From: Marsupella aquatica
Lineage: Eukaryota > Plantae > Marchantiophyta
DNA length: 64,000 nt
Assembly (NCBI GenBank): GCA_973895155.1
Contig: OZ316894.1
Span: 11,696,828 to 11,760,827 of the forward strand
Direction of reading: 5' to 3'
The position numbers were made by a program, and so were the translations under genes. Shown here piece by piece: positions 14,244 to 28,106 of this stretch. Within the stretch, counting starts at the first letter, position 1. Every line of letters begins with the position of its first letter. Under the pieces are notes generated by a model, which was not told the DNA's origin, made no database searches, and worked only from the letters and a program-made list of their open reading frames with translations.

Positions 14244-14650
14244 CTGGCTTTGGTTAGTTAGCTAGGGGATGAACCTAGAGACGGAGAGGTCCCAGGTTCA
14301 ATCCCCCTCTCCACATGCAGGGGTGTAGAGGTATGTGTGTGTATGTATGTGTGGGTGAGGTGTAGTGGAGGGAATCATGGTTCTTGGGGTGGAGGGTATG
14401 TGTGGGTAAGGTGTACTGATAGGAGTACTGGTTTCTGTGAATCTCTGAATGTGTGTGTATGTGTGGGCGGTGAGATGTAGTGGTGGGAATCCTCTGAATG
14501 TGTGTATGTGTGGGTGGGTGAGATGTAGTGGTTGGAATCCTGGTTTCTCAGGATGTGTGTTTGCATGGGTGAGATCTAATGGTGGGAGTCCTGGTTTCTA
14601 TGTGTGGTTGTATGGGTGAGATCTAATGGTGGGAGTCCTGGTTTCTACTC
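14244..14650 (+). mobile_element. tRNA-derived SINE-like head followed by GT-rich repeats
   Basis: A-box-like TGGCTTTGGTTAG near 14245 and B-box GGTTCAATCC near 14295, followed by repeated GTGGGTGAGATGTAGTGG units. Confidence 0.4.
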
Positions 14651-16242
14651 AGCCCTGGCTACCACCAAAGTTAGCCCTCTTCCCCTTCCTGGTCTAGGTT
14701 ACCCTGTAGTGATACCCTGTAGTGATGCATCCTCTAAAGTAGTCCCTCTTTGGAGCCTTGGTTCAACCTCTCGTGTGCGTATTATCCCCTTTGTGGGTTA
14801 CCCTACAGTGGTGTATACTCTGAAATAGAATGTCTATTCTCTATTAGACAGTGATCCATACTCTAAAGTAGAAAGTGTTTTACTCTACAGTAGAAAGGTC
14901 TATTCTCGTGGCGGGTACTCTAAAATAGAAAGTGTCTATTCTCTATCAGAGAGTAGTAGAAAGTCTATTCTCTATTGAACGTTCTACTTTAGAGTATAGA
15001 CTGACCTACTTTGGGATTTCAAGGCAAAAACAACAACTTCGTTGTATATTGACTCCTGTAGGCCGCGGCCGTCAGCAACTTGGCCGTCAGTTGACTAGTC
15101 TTGAAGACCAAGACGGTCTAGAACTTGGGTGATGTAGAAAAGTGCACACCTGCGGAGAAGATCTTCCCCTTGCAGATATGCTTAATAACGTCAGGGGAGG
15201 AAGCCAGACACACGGAGACGCGATTTCAAAAGGTACTGCAGAGGATCACCGAAAATCACCAAAACTGCTGATCTCAAGTTCGAGATTCTGATTCAAACAA
15301 TGAAGGCTACAAATTGCCAACCTCAAGTTCGAGATTCTAATGAAGACACTGAAGACTACGCAAACCTGTAATCAAAAAGAGGAACTACTGAGATGATTTC
15401 CCTTGAAGAGCTCGACAATTAGTAAGAACAATGATCATTTTCTCAGTTCTCCGATCCATTGCGCATGGCCTTGAAGGAACAGGCTCACAGCCATGCTGAA
15501 ACAGGGCCAACGAGTATTAAACATTGCTGACAAACGGAGGAACACTGAGATAAATATATTTTCAAATCATCACTATCTGATTGAAAATCAGCCATGATAA
15601 GCAATTGATTAAGCGATTTTGAGGACGAGTCCGGGTAGAAAAGCTATGAGGCGCAATTTTCAAATGACGGCTACCAGTGTATCCGCAGCAATTCCACATC
15701 CATTCCGACTTTTGCAAACGAAACAAAGATCGCAATACAACTAATAGAAACCATAGACGGTTCCAACTGGTCTGGCATTACGTCCCCTTTACTGATTACA
15801 CAGCGTGTACATTTTTGAACCGTAACAACACAGACCACTATCTTTGTGAACTTGGGCAACGGCCTCATGGAGTATTGTTAAGGCAAAACGGCCTCTCTGT
15901 CCATCTCTCTCTACGGAACACACTACTATGGACAGCATAACTGTACAGACTAATTTCAGTCATAGAAAAATTCTCCACTAATTTACAAGCCCGAGGCTCA
16001 AGGCCCTATCCTCTTCAGCACGGAACAAAAGGGAAAATAGTCCAGGTCACCCAAATCGTGGTGCATATGGCTGCACCAGGACTCCCGAGTTACCGACAGC
16101 ATCTAAAATGTTCATCAGATTTTGGAGGCCCCCACAGAAACTGTCTTTCGGACAAAACAAAGACTGGCTCAAATGAAGGGAAAAAATCCCCAAAGTCTGC
16201 TGCACAAATCGCCTATCAAGACCATGAATATGGACCTAGACA

Positions 16243-19200
16243 CTACCTGGACATCACTAAATTTGCGATTGGCAAAGATCCCATGAACATCGAACTTCCC
16301 ATTGGAGTTCCATGCAAGGCTTTCAGGCTGCTGTCGTTCCCTTTCCTGTGTTTCTTCTGTTTTACTATGTCGTCGCCTTCTCCATTCTTCCACCTCCGTA
16401 GATTCTCGGCATCCTCCAATGGGGCACACTCTCCATTGTCCCCATCACTACTAACGTCCTCTTTCAAGATGTCCATGCCAAAATCCTTCACTTCACTTAC
16501 AGAATGTCCTGCAGTCCTGTCCACCCTCGAAGTAACTAAGTCTCCTTGGCGATGCCGTTTCCTACCGGCCTTCCACTTGAGGCCATTTCCAGAAGGCTTA
16601 GTGCTGCCACTGGATACCGTTACCCGATTTTGCTTTACGTCAGAACTAATACCGTCATCATGGGAATCCTGTGGCAATTGACGAAAAACCAAGCGAATCG
16701 GAGTAGACGATCCACCAGATTTGGGGCTCCCTGGTACTTTGCATGGAGACGACGAATTCTGCGCTTCTTGCTGACCTTGCGTACCCGTCGCCACTCTAGA
16801 CTCTTCCTTTAGAGACACGCCACAACCTTTAATGCTTCTATTCCAATCATGTCCATTCTGACTTTGATCCACTGCTTCGACGATGCCGTTTCTTAACCCA
16901 TTCACCCGTGACGGAGATCTCTCCTCGCTAGGTGTTTGACCTGGCTCGACGAATAGACTACACTCACCTTCTCGCAAACGCTGATCCTTTTCCGTGGCCT
17001 CTAGTTCAACGGATAGACCTAAGATCATCACTAGATCCGGGAAGCTCGGGATAGCAGCCCATGTTCCATTTAGCCACTCCTTCGAAGCTCTCACCTCAAA
17101 GGGCTTCAGTATTACAGTCTCCAGTTCACCTGCGGATGCCAATCAGGGCATTAGAAACCACTTCACTTTCACCGCTGTTTCGTTTTTTATGACCAACACC
17201 TACAGATCACCTCCCAAACCAACTACAAATCGGCAACCCTCTGACAGAAACAAAATGAAAAAGTCAAACAAGTAATCAATCTCTAGGCAGTGACCACGGA
17301 CACGGATGTTAACAGTAACATCCGACGAAATTTTCTTAATCCTTAAGACTACTAGCAGTGAGGAACGGAAAAGAAGAGGTGGGATTAGCTTACCAGGAAT
17401 AAAGACACGAACTAGGCCAGATGGTCCGTTTCCACACAAAATTCCTTCCCACCAACCGTCATTCCACCACGCATCCACCACTTCACCCACATTCAGTTGC
17501 GCTGGAGAAGTAGATTCGGGAGAAGGAGGTCTGATACACGGCCTACCGGAAATCCGAACACCCAGCTTGCACGGTCCAGATATCTTGCAGCTTGAGATCC
17601 ATTCCTACATGAGAATATTAGAGGACAAACTTTAGACTCGATGTGCTGTTCAAACTATCAGTTGAAAATCAAGAGAGCCGGATACACACTCACAGAGGGC
17701 TAAAGGAGTTCCTTCTAAGTATCACTCCCGTCGAACATCTGTCATGGGAAAGATAGATAGGTCCGACTTGTATCATAAGAACAAAGACCCCGACTTCCTT
17801 AAAAAGACGGCATGCGATGCAAGGCATAGGGGACAAGAGGACCCACCTCAAGATATCCTTTTCCGTCTTCACAAATCACATCATCGTAACGCACTTTCAA
17901 CCGGCGGGACGATCGTCTCAAGATTGTTGCCTTGAACCAGCATCCTCGCAAGCCACTGTCCTCGGATAGGACCTCAACATGATCGCCGACGTCATATCTC
18001 CAGAGTTCTTGAACTTGATTAGTACCTTGGCCCCTTTCGACATTTCTGGAAAGAAACTTGATATCACTAGGCCCACTTCCACCGGCTTCACCAGACATAC
18101 AAGCGTCGTCACCGGCTCCGTCTCCAGAAGCACGATTGACCGTCTTATTCCCAAGCCCTGTACGGCGACGTGAACATCGAGCTGTACGAGGACCCCGTCT
18201 AACGCGCTTAGATGGATTGGCAGAATCTTCCTCGTCCATTTCAAAGTCTTCACTTCCCTGATCAGATTGCGGTGAATTTTCACGGGAGGCAGCGATTCGG
18301 CAAAGTGAAAGAATAGGCTGCCGCCAGTACCCCTTCACTTCATGGATGTTGAAAGGCTTGATGCCATCGTTGTCAAATTGACGAGAGCACATGAGCAGCT
18401 GTGCCGTCGACTCTGCCGGAAGCGTTGCCAAGCAAGTATCAAAATGCTCAGCAGCCAAAACTGTTGCTACGCCATCCACGCACTCCACACTTAAGTCCTG
18501 CTGAAACGTGGTGTAAAACACTTCCCGGCTGTGAGGTACGGGAGGGGGAATTCTGCAAGTCAACTCGCTTATCTTGTGGAACCAACGAACTCTAAGCTTC
18601 TTTCTCAGCTTCTTGTCCTCAAAGAGATCCTCGACGTAGGCAATATGCCGATCTTTCTCCTCCGTCATAACATAGACAAAGTTTTGCACCTAAATGATCA
18701 TACGAGCTCACTTATCAGAACTTGGATAACGAAAAACCTACGAGATGTTCCTGACAGACCATGAAGACACAAGAGACTAGTGGAGCTGATCAAACGAGAC
18801 ATCATCTGACGTTCACCTCTAAAGCATAGAACGATGATGACTGCTCCAAGATTCCAATAAGAAACGAGTGCACACTATCCGGCACAACGTCCTTGGTGTA
18901 TATCCACAATCACTTCAGCAGATCCTGCCATTGATCACTACGGAGATAAACCCCATCGCTAATAAGAGGAGAGCGGGAAAGTTTGCATAACTGCAAACAC
19001 CGTTAGCACCTACGGAGAGCGAATCAAAATCACCGGCCGACGGTAGGTAGGCCAAAGTCGAAAACAATACTATACCATTCTCAACTGCGGGAACTACAAA
19101 TACTTTCTGCCACACGGTGTAGCGGATACAGAGCTTCAACGAAACAACTCTCACACACGACCCACACCTGCTTCGAATGATCCATGCACATCACCGTGGT

Positions 19201-21519
19201 GGTCGCAAGAACATGACAAAATGGTCTGGTGAAGATGGGGTTTAACCTAGAAACGATAGAGGGTAAGCGTTATTCGTTCTGAAAGGAAACATGCAAGTAC
19301 TCACCGATATCGTGATTCCATTCCGCTGAAAAGAATTAAAGTGTCGCAGTCGCTTACGGCAGCTCCATGCACTCCCCACCCACACAACGTCCGCCTTCGA
19401 AACAGAGCATTGTTTTCTGGGATCGTGTTCCTGATACCATCATCGACACCACTTAGCAAACCCTCATGCCCGGTAACTAAGACAACAGCCTTCAAATGAA
19501 ACCCATGTACTCAGTTCTTCCATCCTTCCTACCGACCGCAATTTCCTTCCAGAAACGTTTCTGGATGCCTGTACTACGCTTCGTCTCGTTCCAACAAGGT
19601 GAACGCGCAGATGATGTACAAGAGTACGTATATCTCTGGGCACACTAAACACAAATCATTTCCAAGACCTGGTAACTGACTCGGAACAGACTAGTAAGGT
19701 TTCTGCAACACGAAGGAGTTCTCCAGCAATGAACAAAACTCGGACACTCACATGCGAGAAGGATACGAAGAAACCAAGGCGACCCTGGGGCTGCTAGATG
19801 GATCGTTACAACAGACGGGAGATGCAGCTAGCCTTGCGACCGACTCCATCCGAAGTATGAGCTAGACTCGATAAAAAGTATATATAACAATAAACATGCA
19901 AAACCTGAGATATCTATGCACAACAGTGAACACGTGCTCCTGCCCAGAAGCAACGATTGAGGTTATCTCGAGGAAAGGCTCCAATCGCATCAGCAAAACA
20001 TTGGGTAGAGGACACCTCCGCGCTCGCTCCGATGACTAGTCACAATTCTCGGGATCTACTAAGGGTTTGCTTTACGCCCTGTTCACTCGAGCATATAATC
20101 CTGTCCGGGGGCGAAAACTGGTTGGCGCAGTATATACATCGTTCAGTGGGGTGACAACGCACGTCGAACGAAATCAATAGCGCCGTCAATGAAACAAGCT
20201 CTCGTCTAGGACAAGTTTTGAATCTACCACTTATGTGAAGATGCCCAGTAACTGAGGACGACCCATACCGAGCCAACGTCTCGCGAGGCTGCTTCGATAC
20301 ACTCGCGATAACTCTAAAAGCTATAACGGTCAGCGGAACGAGCATACCAGAAACGTTTCCCCAGCGCTAAGCCGGCAACACAGTCCTACGACGACCAAAA
20401 GGAGGAAGACTAACGAAGAAAGTGAGATAGATTGCAACGAGGACTTTCAAACAAGGGAAAAAAACGTACATTGCCACGGCTCCTGCACTCTTCCTGGCCG
20501 CTTTCCAACCCATCAGCGCCCTCGAGTGAAAAAGAACTATCCGCATCAGTTGACGAGTGCAACCCGTTATGAGGAGATCCTGAACATAGTAACATAAACA
20601 AATATTACGAAATTATGCATCAAAGAACGGGATCTCCTTGCCTGAAGCAAGACCCTCATCTCTGGTTCAACGGACAAACTCCAAAGAAGACGCAATAACT
20701 AAGTGAACATCCTACGAGCGGGTTGCATACAAGGAAAGAAAACGGAGGTTCACCGTCAGAAACGGTTTTGTGACGCGCGCAAACAGTCCAGCTATATCGT
20801 ATCATTGCTGAGACAAACCCGAGGCACGTACCACGATTTGCATAGACTGCAAAGGGTATGGAATCTCATAGTAACTAAGGCTACTCGGTGAGGCCCTCAT
20901 GACGACATAGGAAGCAACTACTAACCACAACTCGCAAATACACCCACATACAACATTTCCAATATCCAAGTATTTAGATGTCAGAGAAAGACTTCACGGC
21001 TTCAAGATTGGTCGGATCTAAGGTCACTCGACGTTTACAGTTGGCCGCAAACGGTTACAACCAAGAAAAATGTTCACAACATGCGACCAGAAGCATACGC
21101 GCGATCTTTCGAATTCCATGCCACCAAAAGGAGAAAGGTCGTGTCAAAACACATTGACCACAATTCTCGTTAGGTTCTCTTGCAATTATACCTGCCGAAA
21201 GAGCGGCCGCTTCGGGAGACCGTGTCCTGATGAGAAAAGCCGACAACCAGTCCACCACTTCCCGCCTCGCTCTCCACTTGAATGCCGACGTGGTGGACTG
21301 GTCAAGTCCAGCAAGAGGTAGGAAGTCATCACAAACAACATAAACCATATGCCGTAGACTCCGCTCTGTTCCGATTACAGCCAGGCATTGCTGGCCCTGG
21401 CGGTCCCTGAGATAGTAGTGGACCACCCGACTGCCCCGATCGTGGGACACAAACCTCTCCTCCCAGTCCACAAACCGCCTCTGTGAACCCGAAGCCATGA
21501 AGCAGTTGTAACAACCCAC
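16243..21519 (-). CDS. BAH + Agenet/Tudor domain chromatin protein. Approximate exons 21519-21192, 20579-20470, 19570-19305, 18689-17845, 17605-17392, 17128-16243
   Basis: N-terminal WEERFVSHDRGSRVVHYYL...GTERSLRHMVYV. BAH domain WSCRKRLRHFNSFQRNGITISVQNFVYVM..AYVEDLFED..VRWFH. Agenet motifs VEVLSEDSGLRGCWFKA and GEVVDAWWNDGWWEG. Resembles the plant Agenet/BAH family. Confidence 0.88.
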
Positions 21520-24500
21520 GCGGCAGGAGCGCTTCCAGCATGAGAAATTCTTCCTATATTAACCGCTCTCACAGACAAGAGAGCACTGCTGCAGATCCAC
21601 ACACACACGACGATCTCTCTATCTCACCCAAACAACGACGCATTAAACCTCGTAGTGAGAACCCGCACAAACCACCATCCACCGAAAAAAGTGGTCCCTC
21701 GTATCAACACCTCCCCACAACATCTCAATCCCACATCCCTCGATTCACCGAAGTTTTTCCCCAATAAAACCGCGAGAAATGTGCTTCCATCCGAGTCTCA
21801 AACTCCCCAACCCCACCGAACTAGTCACTCAAACCCTACCCCGCGATGACGCCCCTCCCCGAGCGTGAATCTTCTCACCCCGCCTTCCTTTCCGTATCTT
21901 CAAACGCACGAAAGAAAACACATCGCCAGACAGCAAGCGGCAAAGACCCGTCGTCAGCAGCCGGCCGTATCGAGCATGTCGCAAACGCAGCAGCGGTAGT
22001 AGAAGCCAGCGACGATGAGAACCTATCAAAAGAGCGAGCAATCGATCGATAGCCTCGGCGGTGAAGCAGCAGCAGCAGCAGCAGCATCAGCAGGCGAGCG
22101 GGCGGACACTAACCAGTAGGCGTCTGTCTACACAACAATCTGCCTCGCAGACTATCCGCATGACCTCCGCAATCAGAGGCCCAGCCCAGCCACCATCACC
22201 ATCGATACACTAACAGACGCACAACGAAAAATCGCACATCCAAGCCACAAAACCTCTCTCCCTTCTGTGTTCTCTCCTCTCCTCTATGTATCTCTCTCGC
22301 TCTCCGTGTCTCTCCCTGGAATGACGCAAAGCTGCTGGTGGCATGTAGGCAAGAACAACCAAACGAAAGAAGCCGCTTCTCCAACGAAGGGAGGGAGCGA
22401 AGCAGACGGGGAGGGGAAGAGGGAGCCGAGAGGGCGGCGCCAGCGAAACCACGCACAGGAGCCGATACGAGGCACTACCGAACAAGAGACGGCCGGGCGA
22501 GACCCAAGGGCCAAAATACTCGGCCACATCGAGTGGCGACAAACGGGCGGGCCAGGCCAAAGACAGGCAGAGACCCGACCTGACCCGACCCGACTACCCG
22601 AGCCTGGACAGGTCTACCAGTAAGGCAAGGACGGACCGACCGGATGGTAAGAAGGTACTGTAAGGGGCGGGTCGGTGGCCCGTCAGGGTGCCAGCGCAGC
22701 CTGAAACCCAGTAAGCACCACCCACTCTTACACACTGTAATCCTTGGCGATGACACATTGGATTGTGTAACTACTCATGTCACTACTACTCATTTGCCCC
22801 CATCCAAGCACCTACCGCAATAAGATACACGTAACCACTCTACGTTTTACTCTCGACATTACTATATACGTTACTGTCTCGCAGCTCCTTCATATTCCAA
22901 CGCAATTTTGGGTCCGTTATTGCCAATTCGGAGCTCCTTCATATTCCACGCAGTTTCTCCGCAGCCACACCACACGGGATTAATTATGATTTCAAAATTC
23001 TCTGACAGCCGAGCGGAGCCGCCGATCCCGTTCCTGCGCTCTCATCGACGATGGATATCGAGCGTCCGCATTATGCAATAGTTGGGCTCGATGATGGAAA
23101 TGGAAAGTGTCCCGACGTGATAATTATTCAGTTAAATGTGATTCCTGTACGGCACGTACGGGCAATATCTACCGCAAGATGAGGAAAGGTCGGCTACCAC
23201 GAACGGTAATTTCAGGCCGCCGATGGTTCCACGCGTCGTTCATCTACCATCACAACTGGGTCCCAATGTGGCCCCCACGCTGGTGGCCCCACGCGGCGGC
23301 TTCTCGGCAGATCCCATCTTCTAAAGTACGACAGTCTTACGCTATTTCCGGTTGCATAAGTGCCATGGCCGATGTCGTTCCCGAAGTGGTGTTATTTTGA
23401 GTTCTGATACCCCAACCTGAACTATGCAGGCTTATCTTAATCAAGAAGATATCTGGATCATTGATCTCCTCGCTACACCGAGGCCAGTGGAGAGCGCATG
23501 GAAATTACCCACCTCGGCGTTATTGTGCAACACTCCGCTTAGGGTCCATAAAACGTACAGCCCACTTTATCTGTTATCTCCATTTTCGGGGTCTCGTTTG
23601 GAGTGGATTTAACAATCAATTTTCCAAAGATTGGAGCTCCATCGTTGGGTTCTTTTTCTGTTTTGCTATTGACCCCATGCAAAGCTCTAAATTCCCTTGA
23701 AGCACTTGCAACCACATCAGTATTATCCTTAGTTTACGCAAGAAGGCAAAAAAAATTAGTCAAACCCCATAACTGAATAACAATTGAAACCTGAATATAA
23801 CACTTGAACTAAACAAAGAAAAAATAGGCGAAAGAAAATAACCTTTGTAATATCAGTGTTTCTGGTATTTTTTTGAAATCTGTTTAATTGGAAAAAAAAA
23901 TTGAAATAAATATGGATAGAAAGAAATTCTTCAGCAATTATAACATTTACCGAGGTAACAATGAAACCCTTTAGCTACTATGGGTAGAGGAGTAATAAGA
24001 GAATGTAAGAATCACTTCAATTTCTATTCTTGTCAACGTAACATTTACCAAGATAATATAAGAAAGCCTTTGGCGACTATGGACAGAGGAGTAACAAGAG
24101 AACATAAGAAATCCTTCAACTTCCGTGCCTGCCCTGTAGTCCATGACTTTGGCACCAGACTTCAATTAATGATTTTGCATCCATAACAATAGCAACACCT
24201 AAAAAATGGAAGTTACAGCCAGGGCATATGTGGCACCAGCAACATCTATTGCAATTTCTCAATGGCAATTGCCAACAAACAAATGGACAGGATTGGATAC
24301 GGTGCCCAGAAGAAGGATGGCTCCAACTTGTTGAGCAAAATCAAGAATACTTAAGCTAGGGGTCCTCAAACTATTTTTCCTTAAACGACAGGACTCCCAG
24401 TTTATTTCAATCAGCCACCTCTGCAAGGACCAGGAAAGGCAGAGAGAAGCCGAAGCCAAAGGTCAATGCGTACAACAAAGTGCCATAGCACCAAACCCCA

Positions 24501-25763
24501 GAGGGTGCCCAAGATCACCCAAAAGCAACAAAGGCCAAGAGTGGATCATGGTCAATAACCAAAACACAAATTTAAATGAAATGAAACCAAAACCTAATCC
24601 AAAAGAAGGGGAAAACAGTCCCATCCTTCCTTGATTGGGGGAACACAAGCACAAGTGAAACTAGGGTACGATACACTAACATCAGTTCTTTGAGAGTGTT
24701 GTGATCCGCATCCCTACCAATGTGCAAAGCTTGATCCTGATTCCTGCCAAATTGCTCATTGGCAGGAAAAACAGCACAACCACCTGTCATCTCACCACCT
24801 GCCCTAGTGGTTGACACCAAGCTTGGGTGTTGCTAATTTCAAAGAGCAGTTGTGATACCATTGTTGTGAGACATTCTCAGAAAGGCTTGTTTAGTCACAC
24901 GCGTGATTTCACCTAAAGTTTGGCTCAAGCTACTGGACTTGCACACACTTATAGTATGTTGTAAAGTAGAGCACAGTTAATGTTCACAGCACCTCCATTG
25001 AGAATGCGGTGTAGAGGAAACCAGGAAGCATTAGTTTGAACATGCATTTGTGTCTCTCAACCAGATGTTGCAAACTATCTCATGAATGAGAAGAAGAAAG
25101 CTAGGGTTGCACCATTGTGAGCAAATAGTAGTATTATTTTTCCCAGAAAATGAGCAACCTATAGAATATTGAAGCTCTTGGGTATCATAGTATTTGAAAA
25201 ACTGCTCGGATGGGCTATAAACTCCCTTGGACTATCTAGCTCAACATTCTCACCTAGCTCAATTTTCCCAAAGAATTCTTAGGTGTCAAAAAGTTGTTGA
25301 AAGGGTTAAGTTCGTAATTCAAATATGGTGATTCATGCAAGCTATCAACTTCTTAGGTCAAACTTGATGATCCATCCAATCCAAACACCAAACCTAATTT
25401 GTGTAAACAAATTGATTCCTTTTAAATCTGATCGCGAGAAAAATCAAGGGGGCGTGATTAGCTGCTAACTCCAACCTGGCTACTTAACTGGCCTGCTTAG
25501 CAGCCCTACCCATTTGAAATGAGATCAGGGCAGGTATGGCCCTCCCCTTGGAATCCAGCAAGCAACAACGCAACAGCTTGGGTCTTCTATCTCGCGTGCT
25601 ATACCTCCATTCTTGACTTCTTATTACTCAAACTCTAATTTCTGGCTTTCTTATCTACCTCTAGGAGCATCAAATGGTCCCATGGAAACCTAATTCAAAT
25701 GCACATCCTTGAAGAGCATCCAAGGGAAAATTGAACTGTCCAATTCAAAAACAAGCCAGCCAT

Positions 25764-26026
25764 TATTAGACATAAACCCTAAACCCTAGTCAAGGGCTTG
25801 GTTAAGGCTAGATGTGCTTCTATATATTCACAAGCAAGACTTAGCTAGTGAGTGGACATGCAGTTCGTTGTTATGGAGATAGTTGGGAGCTAAGGAGAGC
25901 TTAGTCTGCGCAGACTTGGTATGGCTGTCTTGTGAGTTCCCATGGGTGTCGCCTCTGGTGAGGTGAACCATGTATCGATCTCTTGCGTCGACTATTTATG
26001 TGTTTGCTGGATGTTGTCTTTGAACA
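25764..26026 (+). mobile_element. Degenerate, shortened solo LTR of family A
   Basis: Shares TTGGTATGGC..CCATGG..GGTGAACCATGTATC with 820-1163 and ends TGAACA. Flanks GCCAT and GCGGT match only partly. Confidence 0.6.
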
Positions 26027-26989
26027 GCGGTGGTCAATCAATCAATGTCACCTGATTGATCAGTGTCACCATCTTGCAAAGCATCCAATTCAAGGACAAA
26101 TCCAACCCATTTTCCCACTCTAAAAATGTTTCAGCCAAGCTCTCGCAATGCTACTTGATTCTCCTCTCTATGTTAGTCACCATAGCTTTGAACTTGCTTT
26201 GTCTTGGTTACCAGTTTGAGGTGGGGCTTTAGTCTTGACACATTCTCTCCCTGGACTGCTCTCTAATCCTTACTGGCCAGTAGCACAGTCCTCTAAGTCT
26301 TCCTCTAAGCTGGTCATCCGGTTTAGCAGCACCTCCAAACTGGCATAACTTCAAAGCTACTCTAAACCTTGAATGCTCTAACTAGTGATCTCTAAGTAAC
26401 TCCAAAACACTTCTTGTAACTACAAATTAATACTTCTGGCTACTCCCATAGTACTCTAAAAACAAGACTGGTTTTTATTGTTGAAATCTTAAGCAATTTT
26501 ATTCATCCCTATACTCCACTAAAAGCTTCCTTCCAAAGTATCAAACTGCTAGCACTAATATGACACTTATTTAAAACTATTTACTATAAGCAGATCCTAA
26601 CCATAAGTCAACGGCAAAGGGTGGCTTAGTCCCTACCTCTCGTTAAACACTTTCCCTATTCTACCTTAGTATTCTATAAATGCATACTTTCTCCGAGATA
26701 GTTTTCCCAACTCTACTAATTTTCTCTAGTAAGGCCTCACAACAAGTTAACAACCAGTGTGCCACCTTTTAGAGGGGTGCACAACCACCTTCATTAATGG
26801 ACTCTGCTTAAACCACCACTCGGGGTATAAAGCCCCCCTCCAGCCTGCCCGCGCGTACGGACCACTCTGCCCAAGTCGAGCACAGTGCAGGGCGCCCCAG
26901 CCTCGCCCGTTGCTCACAGGGCCATTGCAGCGCCCCCGGCCTCCATGCAGCGCCCCTCCCAGCCCTAGCACTGCTGCTGTTACGAGCCC

Positions 26990-27580
26990 CTGTGCTACGA
27001 GCCCCTGTGTTACAGTGCTACTGTGAGCTGCTGGTCCGAGCCGCTGCTGCTGCTGCTGCTGCGAGCCGCTGCTGCAAGGAGGCAAGACCTGCTGCTGCCA
27101 TAGCCAGCTGCGAGCTCCCAACCGATGTTGCTCATCCCGCTCGCCTCCGGCTCAACTTGCTTGCCACCTGCTTGCCTGATTGTCGACTTGCTGCTACCGT
27201 TTCAAGCTCCCAAGATTTTGTGGCTGCCATAGCCAGCTGCCCCTCGCCTGCTCCTCGACTTGCTTGAAGCCTCGCTGCTCGACCTCCTCGCTTGCTGCTC
27301 GACCTCCTTGCTTGCTGCTCGACCTCCTCGCTTGTTGCTCACCTGATTCTCGACTCGCTGCCACCGCTTTGAGCTCTCAAGACTTCGTGGCTGCCATAGC
27401 CAGCTGCTTGCCTGCTGCTCAACTCGCTGCCAACCGAGCTACTTGCCTGCTGTTGAACTTGCTCGCCTGCTGCTCCTCCCACTCCTTGGCTACTGCTCGA
27501 CTCGCTGCCATAGCATGGGGAAACAAAGCAGCTCGCCTTGCTGCCAATCTTGGCATACTTTGTGACTGCCATAGCTTTGA
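26990..27580 (+). repeat. GC-rich degenerate repeats upstream of the KolX-like ORF
   Basis: GCTGCCATAGC(CAGCTGC) about 5 copies, plus TCGACCTCCTCGCTTG units. Confidence 0.6.
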
Positions 27581-28106
27581 TCCTGTTTGCTCATCGTTTT
27601 ATTACTTCATTCTGTCTCGATTTCATTTCAACTCAATTTGTGGGCAGAAGTGCTGTTGTTTCTTGCCCTTCTGCTTGCCCGGAAGATGCAGAGCCTGTGC
27701 TGCCATTTGTGAGCATTGCTTGTGTTCATTCCGGGGTTCATTCGATTCTACTGTGGCCTGGGTGGAGTTCCCGGTGCAATACTCTACTCGAATTTTGGCT
27801 GGAGTTGAGGCTGCGATTGATCCTAATCAATTTTTGCTCAGGTTTGTGCTTCATTTCTTTTGCTATTGCTGCCATTTTTGTTCATAGAATTTCAGCAGCA
27901 AGTTGCTGCAATTTCAGTTTCTCATATGTCTATGTTGCGCTCTCTGCTGTGAGGATTTCAGTTGTTGCAAGTGCTGTGAGAGTTTTCGGTGTTGATCCTG
28001 CTATTTTTGCCGTGACAACAGGGTGTCATTTTCAATTTACATTCTTTGCTAATGTTGGGCAAGAGCAGCAAGTGACATTGAATGTGATTGTTCTTGTGTC
28101 AGGAAG

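Noticed and set aside
14244-14315. Functional tRNA gene
   Set aside because: Only A/B-box-like motifs are present, with no complete cloverleaf or T-run terminator.
16058-16681. 207-aa plus-strand ORF
   Set aside because: Antisense shadow of the last BAH/Agenet exon.
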